NCBI RefSeq assembly: GCF_032191835.1
Contig: NC_083237.1
Coordinates: 22,816,001-22,880,000, forward strand
Length of the DNA stretch: 64,000 bases
DNA from: Heteronotia binoei
Taxonomy: Eukaryota
Reading direction: 5' to 3'
The notes beneath the pieces are model-generated. The model did no database searches, was not told the DNA's origin, and saw nothing but the letters and a program-made list of their open reading frames with translations. Made by a program: the position numbers and the translations under genes. Numbering within the stretch: position 1 is the first letter of the stretch; every line of letters starts with the position of its first letter. Positions 46,449 through 59,423 of the stretch are shown here, in pieces.

Positions 46449-49400
46449 TCAATCGATCAGCGATTCTTGAGCCGAATGGCCTCCAGTCTCTTCAATGGGA
46501 GCTGAAAAGGGAAAAAAAAAGGAATAGTTTAAAATAAGCGGGAGCAAAAGGATAAAGTGCGTGAAGAGGATCAGAGCTCTGTTACTGTGATGCTCACAGT
46601 GAACAGCTTGGCTGGGATTGATTAACAACAACAACAACTTACTTGTAAATTTTTCTCGCCGCCGGCAGCGAGCATAGTATATTATTCCACCGATGATGAT
46701 AAACAGAACGAAGGCCCCCATTGATGCTCCCAGAATCCACCAGTTGAGTGTGTCGGGGGTCTGGGTATCTCCACCTGCAAAAGAGGGGAAAGAAACACAT
46801 GAAAATCAGCCTGGAGAACTGATCTGTTTCTGATCCAATCTCCACCCATTTTCAGCTGTGTGGGAATAACTCACAACTGCAGCTTAGAAAATTGTTGAAG
46901 ACGGTTAATATAAAGAGATGTGTGTGCAAGTATACCTCTTTATAACAGTCTTCAACAATTTAATATGTTTATATGCTTTTGTAGAAAAAGCCCAGCAGGA
47001 ACTCATTTGCATATTAGGCCACTCCCCCTGACATCACAATGGTTTCACATAGGGCTTTTTAAAAGGTCCATCAAGAAGTCATTTGCATATTTGGCCACAC
47101 CCCCGACACCAAACCAACAGGAACTGTATTCCTGTGCATTCTTGCTAAAAAAAATGCCCTGTGTGTATGTATGTACACATATATATTTGGGGGTGCTGCA
47201 CCCCAAAAGACCATCAGCCTCCCTGTGAGCTGATTTTTTGGCCAGAATGCCCCCCTCCCCTTTGGAAGCTGAAAAGCTGCATCAACCCTGCAGCTTCCTG
47301 CATCCTCTATGATTTTCTGGTTCCCCCTAACCAAAAGGTTGCTGTTCTTTCCCCTACCTCAGACACAGTTACCAACTTAGATATAGATTAGTGTTCAGTA
47401 GAACCTTAGAAAACAACAAGACTTTTTTTTGTGGGGCGGGGGGGAATCAGCTTTCAAGAGTCAAAGCGCCCTTTGTCAGATACACAACAAAGGTCACCGT
47501 TCCTATTCGCATCTGATGAAGTGAGGCCTGGCTCTCAAAAGTAGATCCCTTGACCCTCTGGTTGGTCTGTAAAATGCTCCTCCTGGATGACTCATGTCTA
47601 GCTCTTCTACAGCAGACTAACACAGCTATCCTCTGAAACTGTCCCTCTAACAGAAGTTCAATGGGTGGAGCTGGGCAGGTGATGCTTTCCTTGGCAGGGA
47701 AGTACCCAACATTCCCATCAGGCCTGTGTTTAAGAGGTAGGCAATTTTTCAAGAGGCCAACCCCAGATTGCCCTGTTCAGAGGCCATGGCAGCGTGCCGT
47801 GTGTGACACAGGTGCCAGTCCCAGCATGCGGCGGGTATGCTTTGAGGCACACAGAGTCACACATGGGCCTGGCCGCTCCAGGCCAGCCTAACCTTGGAAG
47901 CTAAGCAGGGTCTGTGCTGGTGAGTACTTGGGCGGGAGTCCAGGGTTGCTGTGCAGAGATGGCAGGCAATGGCAAGCCACCTCTGTTAGCCTCTGCTCTT
48001 GAAAACCCTCCGGGGTTGGCATAAGTTGGCTTGTTCTTTGACAGCTCTTCGTGCCCACGCATACTCACATGTGGAGCAGAAGTCATTCTTGTTCTGTGTT
48101 TGGCACACTGCGCAATCCATACACTTCTCCAGGTCTGGACTCCAGGAAAGGCCGCTGGGACACATGGTAGCTGGTGGGGCCAGGGGAGAAAGGAGAGATG
48201 GGGAAACAAAAAAAGACGGCATTCACACACGGTGCTTGGCATGCCAGTCCCAGCAGCTGATAAGCCAACAGCACGATAAAGACGTTAGAAAAATGGGTAT
48301 TTCATCATGGGGGCCAATGCGGCATGTGTGACCCCATAAGCACATTTAATTGAAAGCCAAACCCATCGTGATCTCGCCCAGGCTTTGATTTCCGAGCAGT
48401 CATGGCTGGCGGGATGTGGTCGTAAAACTATAGTTGGGCGTAGAAGAAAGGGGCAGAAGCGATCAAAGGGAAGGAGCGCCTGAATCAGGAGCCAGGAGCA
48501 AGCCGGAACACGAAGCGAATTAACAGCTGAATGCAAAGGAGAGAGAAAGAGAAAGCCTCCGCCACAAGCCCCCCCCCCCCCATGACACACAGGGCTATTT
48601 TCGGAGGGGTAACGTCAGTGGGGAAGGGGGGGGGGTGTTGTGTTTCACCCCGAAACACGAGCCGGCCCGAGCAGGAGGGCTGCGGGTCAAGCTGGGGGAG
48701 GGAGGGCCGGGGGCCTCGTCACATGGGCAATGGGGGGGGGGATTGAGGGACCCAAATCTCTCCTCCCCCCTTCTCAGGTCTCTCGCGCTCCCGGTGACTT
48801 CATGGCCTAAATATGCCCCGGGCAGCAAGCAAACAGGGCCAAGGGAAGGCGGCGGGCGCCAGGCCCAGAAATCGGAGCGGAGAAGGTGGGGCAGCGGGAG
48901 GGGGGGGGGGATGACTCATGCGGTGGGTCGCAAGATGCGCCCGTCAAGATCCTCCCCCCGCCCCCCCTCGGAGGTCTCCTGATGCTCCGCGGTCCGGCCC
49001 CATTGCCCTCATTTATAGGAAAAGGGGAGGAAAGGAAAGTGCCCCTCCCCGAGACAGCCGCTGGAGGGCGGGGCTCTCCCATTCATAAAAAAATGCCCCT
49101 TTCTTTGGCGGGGCAGGCTGAATTCAAGCCCCAGCTGTGCTCTGGCACGTGTAAATGAAAGCGGTCCTCTGGGCATGGGCAGACTGCCTTTGTTTCCTGG
49201 CGGGCTCGAGTCCCGCCCCCTCCTTTAGTGTTTGGGGGAGTAAACTAATCAGAGAGAGAGAGGCGCCCCCGTTTTCTAATCCGCAGGGCCGGGGGGGGCT
49301 TTACCGCCCCCTCCACAGATGCCCCGCGGGCAAAAATTCAGCCCGTTCACAGCCCGCCTCCCAGCAGTGAGGAACGCGGCTACCCCCGTTGCCCTTCTGT

Positions 49401-50276
49401 CCGAGGAACCCCGGGGCGACATGCCACAGTCCCGCTTGGAAACACGCGGATCGCCCCAAGCCCCGACCTTTACTCTCAGCAGGACACACGCAACACCCCC
49501 CCCCCCCCGGCATTGCAGACCCGCCAGCGCCGCCTTGTTTTCTGCTTGACACGAAAGCCGGCGGCACACTGGCCCCGTTAAAAGTCAATTGGGCCCCTTG
49601 GGGCACATGATCTCTTCGACAGTTCTGTTGCTAGTTCTCCGCGTCCCTCTAAGGCGCTTTCACGCGTGCTGAATGAGGCGCTTCCAAGCGCACTTAAGTT
49701 TGCAACTGGATTGTGCGGTTTCCCGCAGGAAGCCCCGGACTCCAAAACCCATCCAACACCGCCCCACCCCCCAGCCGCAAAACTTTGCAATTACTCCCCC
49801 CCCCCCCCCCCAAGCAGACGAAGCGAGAAGAGTAGACGGAGGGCGAACCCATCCATGGTAACTTGTGCAGACACACCCGGGAGCTTATGCCCAGAATGAA
49901 ACTTCGTTCGTCTTAAAGATCTCGCCCTGGGCACAACCTTCCTTTCATTCATTCCCAGACACCTCTGCTCTAACTCATCCTCCCTTCTGGACTCCTCTCC
50001 GCACCTTTCGCTGCCCCACCTTGGATCAATCAACAGTTACAGGCAGAAATTCAGCCGGTGCAGCCCCCACCCCCGGGGGGTGCCAGGCAGAAAGGGCTCC
50101 ACCTGGCCCTAAAGCCACAGAGGGCGCGGGGCTCCTGCCATCCCTCCAGAGGGGCTCCCCGACTCCCGCTTCTTCCCGGCGTCCTCCTTACCCGCCGGCA
50201 GCGGCTCTCCCCAGGCGGCTTCGAGCAGCAGGGCCCACAGCCCCAGCAGCAGAGGTCCTCCTCCGCACCCCAGCAT
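46449..50276 (-). CDS. TNFRSF12A: TWEAK receptor Fn14, 123 aa
   Basis: Exons (minus) 50276-50192 (signal peptide), 48170-48069 (single cysteine-rich domain CPSGLSWSPDLEKCMDCAVC...DFCSTC), 46774-46643 (TM helix + RCRRREKFT), 46501-46449 (TRAF-binding TPIEETGG). All are GT-AG and in phase. Confidence 0.95.
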
Positions 50277-50950
50277 CTCGCCTCGCCCGGCTGCAGCAGC
50301 AGTGCACCGATGCCTTCAGGGAACAGAAGCCGGAGCAGCGCCTTCGCCTCTCGCCGGCCTCCCAGTGATTCAGCGCCAAAGACTTTCCCCGGCTGCCTCG
50401 CGACGAGAGACGCCCCCGCGGATCCGGGAGGCCCCGATTGGCGGGCAGGGCGCCACCACGCCGGGCAGGCCTTCGATCCGGGCGGGGGAGGAGGAGGAGG
50501 GGGGGCGCTCCGGCAAGTTAAAGCGGGAAGAGGGAAGGGCGGGGTCCCGCGGGGCCTGGGCGCAAGGCAGCCGAGGGGGGCGAGGACTCCCGCTGGGCCC
50601 CTGGAACTTTTTGCAGGGAGTGGGAGCCACAGGCCTGGGCGGAAGAGCGCTGGGCGGTGGCGCCGGGGCTGCCCTAAGTGGTTGGGCGACATGGGATTGT
50701 GTTAAAGCCGAGCAAGAGGCCTGCCGTCATAGGAGGGAGGAATGAATGAATGAATGAATGAAGGCCGGTGGGGAGCTGGAGGCCGCCAGACAACAAGTCG
50801 ACGGTGATCCCAGCGTCTGGGTCTTGAGAGCGGGGGCCTGGCGAAGCAGGAGACGGGCGGGGTGGTGCTGGGTTGGCCGGGCTGAAAGGGAGGCATTGAG
50901 GCGACTTCTGAGCGAATGGAATCTTAAAGCACAGAAGACTTTTCCTCCCC
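48450..50950. promoter_or_regulatory. CpG island covering the TNFRSF12A promoter, exon 1 and intron 1
   Basis: Very high GC and CpG content, GC boxes, G/C homopolymer runs, AP-1 TGACTCA at 48912-48918. Confidence 0.8.
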
Positions 50951-51168
50951 CCTTAAAAAAATAACCCAAGTAGCCTAGGAAATGGAAAAACAAATGAAGA
51001 GAGGCTGGGCTGGCAACCAGGACTCTGGGGTGATTTGGAAGAGACTGGCTCTTCTGTGTCCAGGGCTCAGTTTCTAAAATAATATGCACCGGGGCTCAAT
51101 CCTGTCTGGAAACTGTCTTGTGCTGCTCTGGAAGTCCTTAGCCCTCCACCGTGACTGAAGGCCCTAGA

Positions 51169-51440
51169 GCAGAGGTGACCAAACTGTGGCTCGGGAACCA
51201 CATGTGGCTCTTTCACACATATTGTGTGTCTCTTAAAGCCCCCACCACTCTGTTGGCTGGCACGGAGAAGGCATTTCTCTCTTTAAAACACTTCTCCAAG
51301 CCAGCTGGTGGCTTGAAGAATGCATTTAAAGTTGCTTCCCCCCCTCCCTCAAACATCTGATGTTCACGTCTTGTGGCTCTCAAACATCTGATGTTTATTC
51401 TATGTGGCTCTAATGTTAAGCAAATTTGGCTACCCCTGCC
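51169..51440. mobile_element. hAT MITE family A
   Basis: Perfect TSD ccctagag on both sides. Confidence 0.8.
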
Positions 51441-51714
51441 CTAGAGGCTAGGTGTAGTTGCTCAGTAGGGCTGGAAATGCATTCTGTACATGCTTAGAGG
51501 CGCCGCCCTCTTCGATGCCATCATGCTTTCTGCAGCTGATATCCTGACACTGAAAACAGTCTGAGACACTGGACAGGATCCAGAAAGTAGAATGATAAAT
51601 GTACATGCATATTTTGAGTCCAGCAGGCCAACAAAGTTTTATTCTGGGAATAAGTTTTCATTTGCATTGGAAGAGATCTGGAGAAGTGTGCATGCATACA
51701 ATCACTTATAGAGC

Positions 51715-51990
51715 CGGTTTGGTGTAGTGGTTAAGTGTGCGGACTCTTATCTGGGAGAACCGGGTTTGATTCCCCACTCCTCCACTTGCACCTGCTGGAA
51801 TGGCCTTGGGTCAGCCATTGCTCTGGCAGAGATTGTCCTTGAAAGGGCAACTGCTGTGAGAGCCCTCTCCAGCCCCACCCACCTCACAGGGTGACTGTTG
51901 TGGGGGAGGAAGGTAAAGGAGATTGTGAGCCGCTCTGAGACTCTTCGGAGTGGAGGGCGGGATATAAATCCAATATCTTCTTCAATATCT
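51715..51990 (+). mobile_element. Squam3-like SINE, full length
   Basis: tRNA-like head gtttggtgtagtggttaagtgtgcggactc...gggtttgattcccc; tail ggagggcgggatataaatccaatatcttcttc. Confidence 0.85.
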
Positions 51991-53796
51991 TCTTATATGT
52001 GCTACACAGATATGTCCATATGAGGCTGCCTTTTACTGAGTCAGACCATGAAGGTCAGAATTGTCCACTTGGACAGGTAGCCGCTCTCCAGAGTCTCAGG
52101 TAGAAAGGCCGTTTCTTAAAAGGGAGGTATCGGGGATTGAACCTGGGACCTTCAGCATGCCAAGCAGGTGCTCTGACACTGAGCCACAGACCCTCTGTGA
52201 AAGAATGGAGGATTTTGGAAAGATCTCCTTGGCTGGAATATTCAACTGTGAATCACCCGGTCTGTTTTTTCTTGATAAGGTTTTTGTATCAATGTTTGCC
52301 CCAGATAAAGCTACTTTCGAGTGCTATTAGACCATGCAGCCCAGTCCGGCGTGTGGTTGGCACCAGCTCGCCAGGGTCTTAAGAAGGCCTCCTTCCCAGC
52401 CATTCTCCATTCCATTTTGACGGGTGAAGACTGAATGCTGGGGGAAACCTGCATGCAAAGTGAATGTTATTCCACCGCTGCGCTATGGCCACCTTCTGTC
52501 TTCTCCCCAGAGCGGGCTAGTCCCCAGGGCTTTTTCTGTAGCATATTTGGCCTCATTTGCATATTAGGTCACACCTCCTGGTGCCAAGCCAGCCAGAACT
52601 CTGCATTCTTGCTCAAAAAGTGCCCTGGTGGTCCCTTCCTACTGTGCTGAAAGTTCAGAGCTGCCTTTTGGATTAAGGTTGTTCTTACTTCTAAGCATCG
52701 GACATGGAAGGATTCATGTATATTGTACATTATAAATGAACAAGCCCAAAGTGCAAATCCCTTCCCTGGCCACTAGTGGCAAACGTGCAGTTCAACTGAA
52801 TGATCTCTTGAAATCAGCAAAACTTTACAATGAGCCTTTTTTTCTGACACCCACCCAGAAGGGCTCATTCATACTTTGAGGGGTCTTAAATGTGTAGGTG
52901 TTCCTTGTTGTGCAGCACCCAGAGTTTCTCAAAAGCTGAAATTTCCAGGGTTTCGGTACAAGGCCCATGCGAGAGGGCTTGAGCAATCTAGGAATTTCCC
53001 CGTGAAGCAGACGAGGGTGCCTGCCAAAAGGCAATAGCAGTCCGGCAAGCCGCAGTAGTGCTGAGTGTACATTTGCCACCTGTGAGCTGCCCTCGCAGGA
53101 CTGGAGTCAAGTTTTGTCACAGAGTCCAAAGAGCAGATTTTGAAAGCTGGAAGAGAACAAGAGTGCTCATTTCAGAAAGTCTCTGACCATGTGCAGACCA
53201 ACTTTCCATCAGAGTGTCCATCTGCTGACCATGAACCGAGCCTCCTAGTCAGTGTTTGTCAGCCTTCTTCACAGAGATCCTGTGCTTTAACAGCAACGGA
53301 ACAAAATGTAGCAAATGAAGCATTTCCTGGCCCAGAAGTGAAGTGGTGGGAAGAGCTTCACCTGCTGAACTCTTAAGAGGTGAAGTATTGGGGAAAGCTT
53401 TGCCTGCTCATTTTTTTTTGTATTTTGTGTGTGTGTGGTGTGTCTGTGCACACCTGGAAATCATGGTGACTTCTGGTGACTGACTCCTACTGGGGGCCTG
53501 GAGGATATTCTTGGAGGGGGCTGAAAAGAGACTGCCCCTGTCTCCAGCTTTGTTATTCCTTGGAGGTCTCCCAAGCCAGAGTCAACCTGCTTAGTTTCCG
53601 TGATCTGACGAGATCAGGCTTGCCTGGGCTATTCAGGTTAGGGCTACCTGCTCAATTCTTCAAGAGATATATATCAGCCCTCTACATGTAATGTATCTGT
53701 GTACGTGGCCAATATGCACACCAGGAAAGCAAGAGTGCCCTCCCATCTACACATGTTCACTGTGCAGGGACATCTGTATGCTTTCAGGCTATACAT

Positions 53797-54113
53797 CAGG
53801 GGTGGCCAAACTGCAGCTCAGGAGCCACATATGGCTCTTTTGCACATATTGTGTGGCTCTCGAAGCCCCCACTGCCCCATTGGCCAGCTTGGAGAGGGCA
53901 TTTCTCTCGTTAAACCACTTCAACAAGCCAGCCGGTGGCTTGGAAAATGCATTTACTGTTAAAAGTTGCTTTCTTTCCACCTCTCCCTCCCCCATCTAAT
54001 TTCCTCCCTCCCTTCCTGCAGCTCTCAAGCATCTGAATTTCATGTCTTGTGGCTCTCAAACATCTGACGTTTATTCTATGTGGCTCTTATGTTAAGCAAG
54101 TTTGGCCACCCCT
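53797..54113. mobile_element. hAT MITE family A
   Basis: TIRs intact; TSD ctatacat/ctttacat. Confidence 0.8.
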
Positions 54114-54499
54114 GCTTTACATACATTGCTTCTGTCCCCATGATTAAAAAATGCTGTTTTAAAATGTTCCTGACTGCTGGGGCAAAGCCATTGAGGACAT
54201 ATCTTGAACCTATGTATTTGCTGCCCCCCAGGTGGGAAACAAGCACAGGAAGGTGCAGGGCTGGTTCATGAGTTCACATCTCTTTAGGGGCCTTGACCCC
54301 GTGCCCACAGACATTGTTTGCCCTGAGCAAGTGAGTCTGTAAGTTAGAAACGTCTGCTTGGAACCCTTTTTCTCATGCACCAATTTTCTCCATCTAACAT
54401 CCTCTCCCCACTATCTGTATGTTTCTCCCCATGAGGCAAATAGCAGCTTGGGATGTGCATGTGTGATTTATAATGAGAAAACACCCAAGGGGAAAGGAT

Positions 54500-54760
54500 T
54501 AAGACTGCAGATTTGTACCCTGGCCTCTCTGAATCAGAGTCTCGGAGCAGTTTACGATCTCTTATCTTCTTCCCCCACTACAGACACCCTGTGAGGTGGG
54601 TGGTGCTGAGAGCTCTCCCAGAAGCTGTCCTTTCAACGGCAACTCCTACGAGAGCTATGGTTAACCCAAGGCCATTCCAGCAGCTGCAAGTGGGGGAGTG
54701 GGGAATCAAACCCGGTTCTCCCAGATAAGAGTCCGCACACTTAACCACCACACCAAACTG
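54500..54760 (-). mobile_element. Squam3-like SINE
   Basis: Reverse complement of the consensus. Confidence 0.75.
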
Positions 54761-55958
54761 GTGCCCACAGTGCCACTTCCACAGTCCTCTCCCCCTCTCT
54801 GCTTTAAGCTTTTAAAAAATTATCACAGGATGTCTCAAAACTTCTGCCAGGAAGATTTAGTGATATCACTTCTCTCCCCAGGCCTCTGGTTTCTATAGCT
54901 GAAAGACTGGCATCAATTCCAGAGGTGCAGTTTACCTTTCACCTCCCCCTGCCAAATTTAAACATGGAGCCAGTGAGTCTGCTTGAGGATATGGTGTGAG
55001 GTCATGCCAATTTATCCTGGGCCAGATCCTGGAAAGAAAGGCTTCTTCAAAGTCACATGAAGCTTGCCTTAAGCTGGAGCAGACCGCTGGTCTATCAAGG
55101 TCAATGCTGTCTATTCACACTGGCAGTGGCTCTCCAGGGTCTCAGGCTGACTGCCTGGTCCTCTTAACTGGAGAGGCTGGGGATCGAATCTGGGGCCTTC
55201 TGCATGCCAAGCAGACGCTTTAGCAGTGAGTCACATTCCCTCTTTTGAGCAATTGTGACTTGAGCTGTATTGCTTTCATCCCAATGAAACAGCAACTGGT
55301 CCAAAAGCCAGGTCCAAAGCTCCTCTTGCGAGGCCAGGAGTCCCATTCACGTGGAGGATACAGCATTTGGCCGTCAGCCTTTCCTGGATGCTTTAGCCTA
55401 GTTCTCTTTGAGCAGAGATGAATTGAACATTCACATCATGCCCCTGACAAGTCCTTTCTTGGAGATCTCAGGCCCAAAATGCAGCCTCCTGGAAACGGCA
55501 TCCATACCATACTGGGCAAAGGAGACGGCGGGTGGGAGGGGCAGACTGGCAGCCTCTCCTGTTCCCTCCTCCCGCCTGTCAGTCATTCTCACCTCCAAGG
55601 CCTCTCCAGCCTGAAATTAATTCTGTATGTGTGGTCCTTTAGCACCCCCTGCTGTCTTTCCCTTTTTTTGCTAGTTCATTGCTTCCAGATGTCCATCATG
55701 AGCAGAGCATGTGGGCTGAAGGCACATGGATGAATAGCAGATGCCTTGCTTTGTTGAAGCCCAGTAGAACTTTGTCTGACCAGGAGATAAATATTAGAGA
55801 GCAAGAGAGAGTGCCTGCGTTTGCACGTTCTATGAAATGTAGCAGGGACAGAAATAAAATAAACCTGAATAATTTCCATTGTTGCACCATTGTAATGGTG
55901 CAGGCATTTTTACAGTAAAAAAAAAATAAATCAGTGGGAGATCTGTCAATGCCATAGT

Positions 55959-56284
55959 CCAGGGGTGGCCAAACTGTGTCTTGGGAGCCACATGTGTGGT
56001 TCTTTCACACATATTGTGCGGCTCTCAAAGCCCCCACTGCCCTGTTGGCTGGTGGCTTGAAGAATACAATTAAAGTTAAAGTTGCATTCTTNNNNNNNNN
56101 NNNNNNNNNNNNNNNNNNNNNNNNNNNNNNNNNNNNNNNNNNNNNNNNNNNNNNNNNNNNNNNNNNNNNNNNNNNNNNNNNNNNNNNNNNNNNNNNNNNN
56201 NNNNNNNNNNNNNNNNNNNNNNNNNNNNNNNNNNNNNNNNNNCGTCTATGTGGCTCTTACATTAAGCAGGTTTGGCCACCCCTG
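55959..56284. mobile_element. hAT MITE family A spanning an assembly gap
   Basis: Perfect TSD ccatagtc; Ns at 56092-56242. Confidence 0.75.
56092..56242. other. Assembly gap (N run)
   Basis: Run of n characters. Confidence 0.99.
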
Positions 56285-57534
56285 CCATAGTCACCTTGGG
56301 CTTCTGCGTAACAGAGGCTTTTCCAGGTAAAACTTTCCAAGACATCCTAGGTGACTTTCCCCCTCCCATGCCCCTCCCATGCCTCTTGTTCAGGAAAATG
56401 TTCAGGGCCAGCAGTGTTGTTGCAAGCAGTGGAGGGGACACAGGATCCTATCAAATGCCTTGTCAGCATCTCTGGACAGAAGAGGGGGTTTATTTTGCCT
56501 TAGAGATTGTACTGCAAGTCTGTCCGTTCATTATTTGAAAGGAGGAAATTCACCAGGACAGCCAGTGGTTATAGACTCAGATCAGAGAGTTCCAGGTTCA
56601 AATCCCCCACTCTGTCAGAGAAGCTTGCTTGAGTAACCTTGGGCCAGTCATCACTCCATCGGCTAGTTGTGAGGAAAAAGTGGAGGACAGGAGAATGGCA
56701 GCCATTTTAGATCCCCACTGTGTGCGTGTTTTTTTTTGGGGGGGGGGAGCAGGATATAAACCAAATACATCATGGCCTTTCTATTGCTTTATCAGGGCAA
56801 TAGGTCTAATGATGGAATGTCCCAGTGATCCTTCCATGCTTCGCAACAAATGCCATTTTGACAAAGACCAAGATGGCAGCAGTATCCGTTATTAAAGAGT
56901 TTATGGAGTTATTTCTCTAAGGAATCAGTTTAGAAGCGGTTGGCCAGGTTATTCTTGCTAATCTGCTGAACTCAATTGTGAGATTGGTATTTGTCTGTGG
57001 GCTACCCATTGCTCTGGTCCTTAATTAGCTTTTAATGGCTTCTCTTCGATGTGCCCAGAGCATTATATGGTATACCCTGCAGATGTATGGTTAGCCTCAG
57101 CAGTCTGGCTGGGAAACTGTCCATTGTCTGGCTATGAAAGGAGATTCGCTTTGCTGATGCTTAAGCTGTTGTGATTGGTCTCAGGCCTACAAATAAGGTT
57201 TCTTTAAAGAACAGAAGGATTTTTGTGCTTTAGCAAAGATCTAACTGTTTCCTAAGGATAACTGTGCACCTATTTCTCCTGCTCTTGATTGACCGTGTTT
57301 TAAGTCAGAAAATAGTTGAGCTGTGCTTGAAGCTTTTACGGGGAGTAATCTTGTTTATCCTCTGATCTCTTTCTATTGCACAAGGGAAGTAGCTGGGCTG
57401 GTTGTTCTCCTGAAAACATTTATTTAAATTTGTGTGAAGTTTTGGCTGCAGAAGATTTATTATGCTGGTGCAATGGATTTAGTGTCCAGGAAAAAGGGGT
57501 GACAAGTTCTCAAACTGATCCTTAAATTGCCCTC

Positions 57535-59423
57535 TGATGGCTGTCTGATGAGGCTTTACAAATAGCTGAGGAAAGAAGGAAAGTGAAAGGCAAAGGTGAA
57601 AAGGAAAAATTCAAACAACTGAATGCAGATTTTCCAGAGAACAGCAAGGAGAGATGAGGCCTTCCTGAAGGAACAATGCAAAGCAATAGAGGAAAATAAT
57701 AGAATGGGAAGGACAAGAGATCACTTCAAGAAAACTGGAGAAATCAAGGGAACGTTTCGTGCAAAGATGGCCATGATAAAGGACAAAAACAGTAGGGACC
57801 TAACAGAAGCAGAAGAGATCAGGAAGAGGTGGCAAGAATACACAGAAGAATTATACAAGAAGAATCTCAGTGTCCTGGAAACCATGACAGCGAAATCGAT
57901 GACCTTGAGCCAGCATCCTGGAGTGTGAAGTCAAATGGTCCTTAGAAAGCATTACTAACAACAAAGTCAGCAGAGATGACAGTATCCCAGTTGAGCTATT
58001 CAAAGTCCTAAAAGATGATGCTGTTAAAGTGATGCACACATTATGTCAACAAATTTGGAAAACGCAACAGTGGCCAAAGGATTGGAAAAGATCAGTTTAT
58101 ATTCCAATCCCAAAGAAGGGTAATGCCAAGGTATGTTCAAACTATCGCACCACTGCACTCATTTCACATGCCAGCAAAATCATGTTAAAGATCCTACAAG
58201 CTAGGCTTCAGCAGTATGTAGATCGGGAACTACCAGAAGTTGAAGCTGGGTTTCGGAGAGGTAGAGGAACAAGAGATCAAACTGGCAACATTCGCTGGAT
58301 TATGGAGAAAGCACGGGAGTATCAGAAAAATGTCTGTTTCTGTTTCATTGACTATGCTAAAGCCATTGATTGTGTGGATCACAATAAACTGTGGCAAGTC
58401 CTTAAAGAAATGGGAGTACCAGACCACCTCACATGTCTCCTGAAAAACCTGTATAAGAAGCAACTGTCAGAACAGCATATGGAACAACTGATTGGTTTAG
58501 AATAGGAAAAGAAGTTCGACGAGGATGTATATTGTCACCCTGCGTATTTAATTTATATGCAGAGTATATCATGTGGAATGCTGGCCTGGATGAAGCAGAA
58601 GCCGGAATTAAGATTGCTGGGAAAAATATCAACAACCTCAGATATGCAGATGATACCACTCTAATGGCAGGAAGTGAGGAGGACCTAAAGAACCTCTTGT
58701 TGAGGGTGAAAGAGGAGAGCGCAAGAGTAGGCTTGAAACTCAACATCAAAAAACTAAGATAATAGCATCTGGCTCCATCACACCTTGGCAAATAGAAGGG
58801 GAAGACATGGAAGCAGTGACAGACTTCACTTTTCTGGGATCCAAGATCACTGCAGATGGTGTCTGTAGCCATGAAATAGAAAATACATTTGTTCCTTGGG
58901 AGGACAGCTATGGCGAACCTGAGCAGTATAATAAAAAGTAGAGACCTCACGCTGCCAAAAAAAGTCCGTATAGTCAAAGCGATGGTATTTCCAGTAGTAA
59001 TGTATGGCTGTGAGAGCTGGACCATAAACAAGGCTGAGCTCAGAAGAATAGATGCTTTTGAGCTGCGGTGCTGGAGAAGAATCTTGAGAGTCCCTTGGAC
59101 TGCAAGAAGGTCAAATCAATCACTCCTAAGGGAAATCAACCCAGACTGTTCCCTGGAAAATCAGATGCTGAAGCTGAAGCTCAAATACTTTGGTCACCAA
59201 ATGAGAAGGGAGAACTCCCTGGAGAAGATCCTGATGCTAGGAAAGACAGAAGGCAAAAGAAGAAGGGGACAGCAAAAGATGAGATGGCTGGACAGCGTTA
59301 CTGATGTAACAAACACGAATTTGAGCAGACTTTGGAGGATGGTGGAAGACAGGAGGGCCTGGCGTGACTTTGTCCATGTGGTAGCAAAGAATTGGACTCG
59401 ACTGTGTGACTGAACAACAACAA
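57535..59423 (+). mobile_element. BovB (RTE) LINE, 5'-truncated, frameshifted
   Basis: ORF pieces 57623-57928, 58029-58505, 58532-58762 and 58889-59413: CQQIWKTQQWPKDWKRSVYIPIPKKGNAK, IDYAKAIDCVDHNKLW, LRYADDTTLMA; tail ctgaacaacaac. Confidence 0.93.

Noticed and set aside
47885-47945. Apparent 5S rRNA gene
   Set aside because: Partial, diverged and fused to a Sauria-type body; it is a SINE.
50051-50745. Several 150-215 aa ORFs on both strands
   Set aside because: GC-rich CpG island with few stop codons; Pro/Gly/Arg-rich nonsense. Only Fn14 exon 1 is supported.
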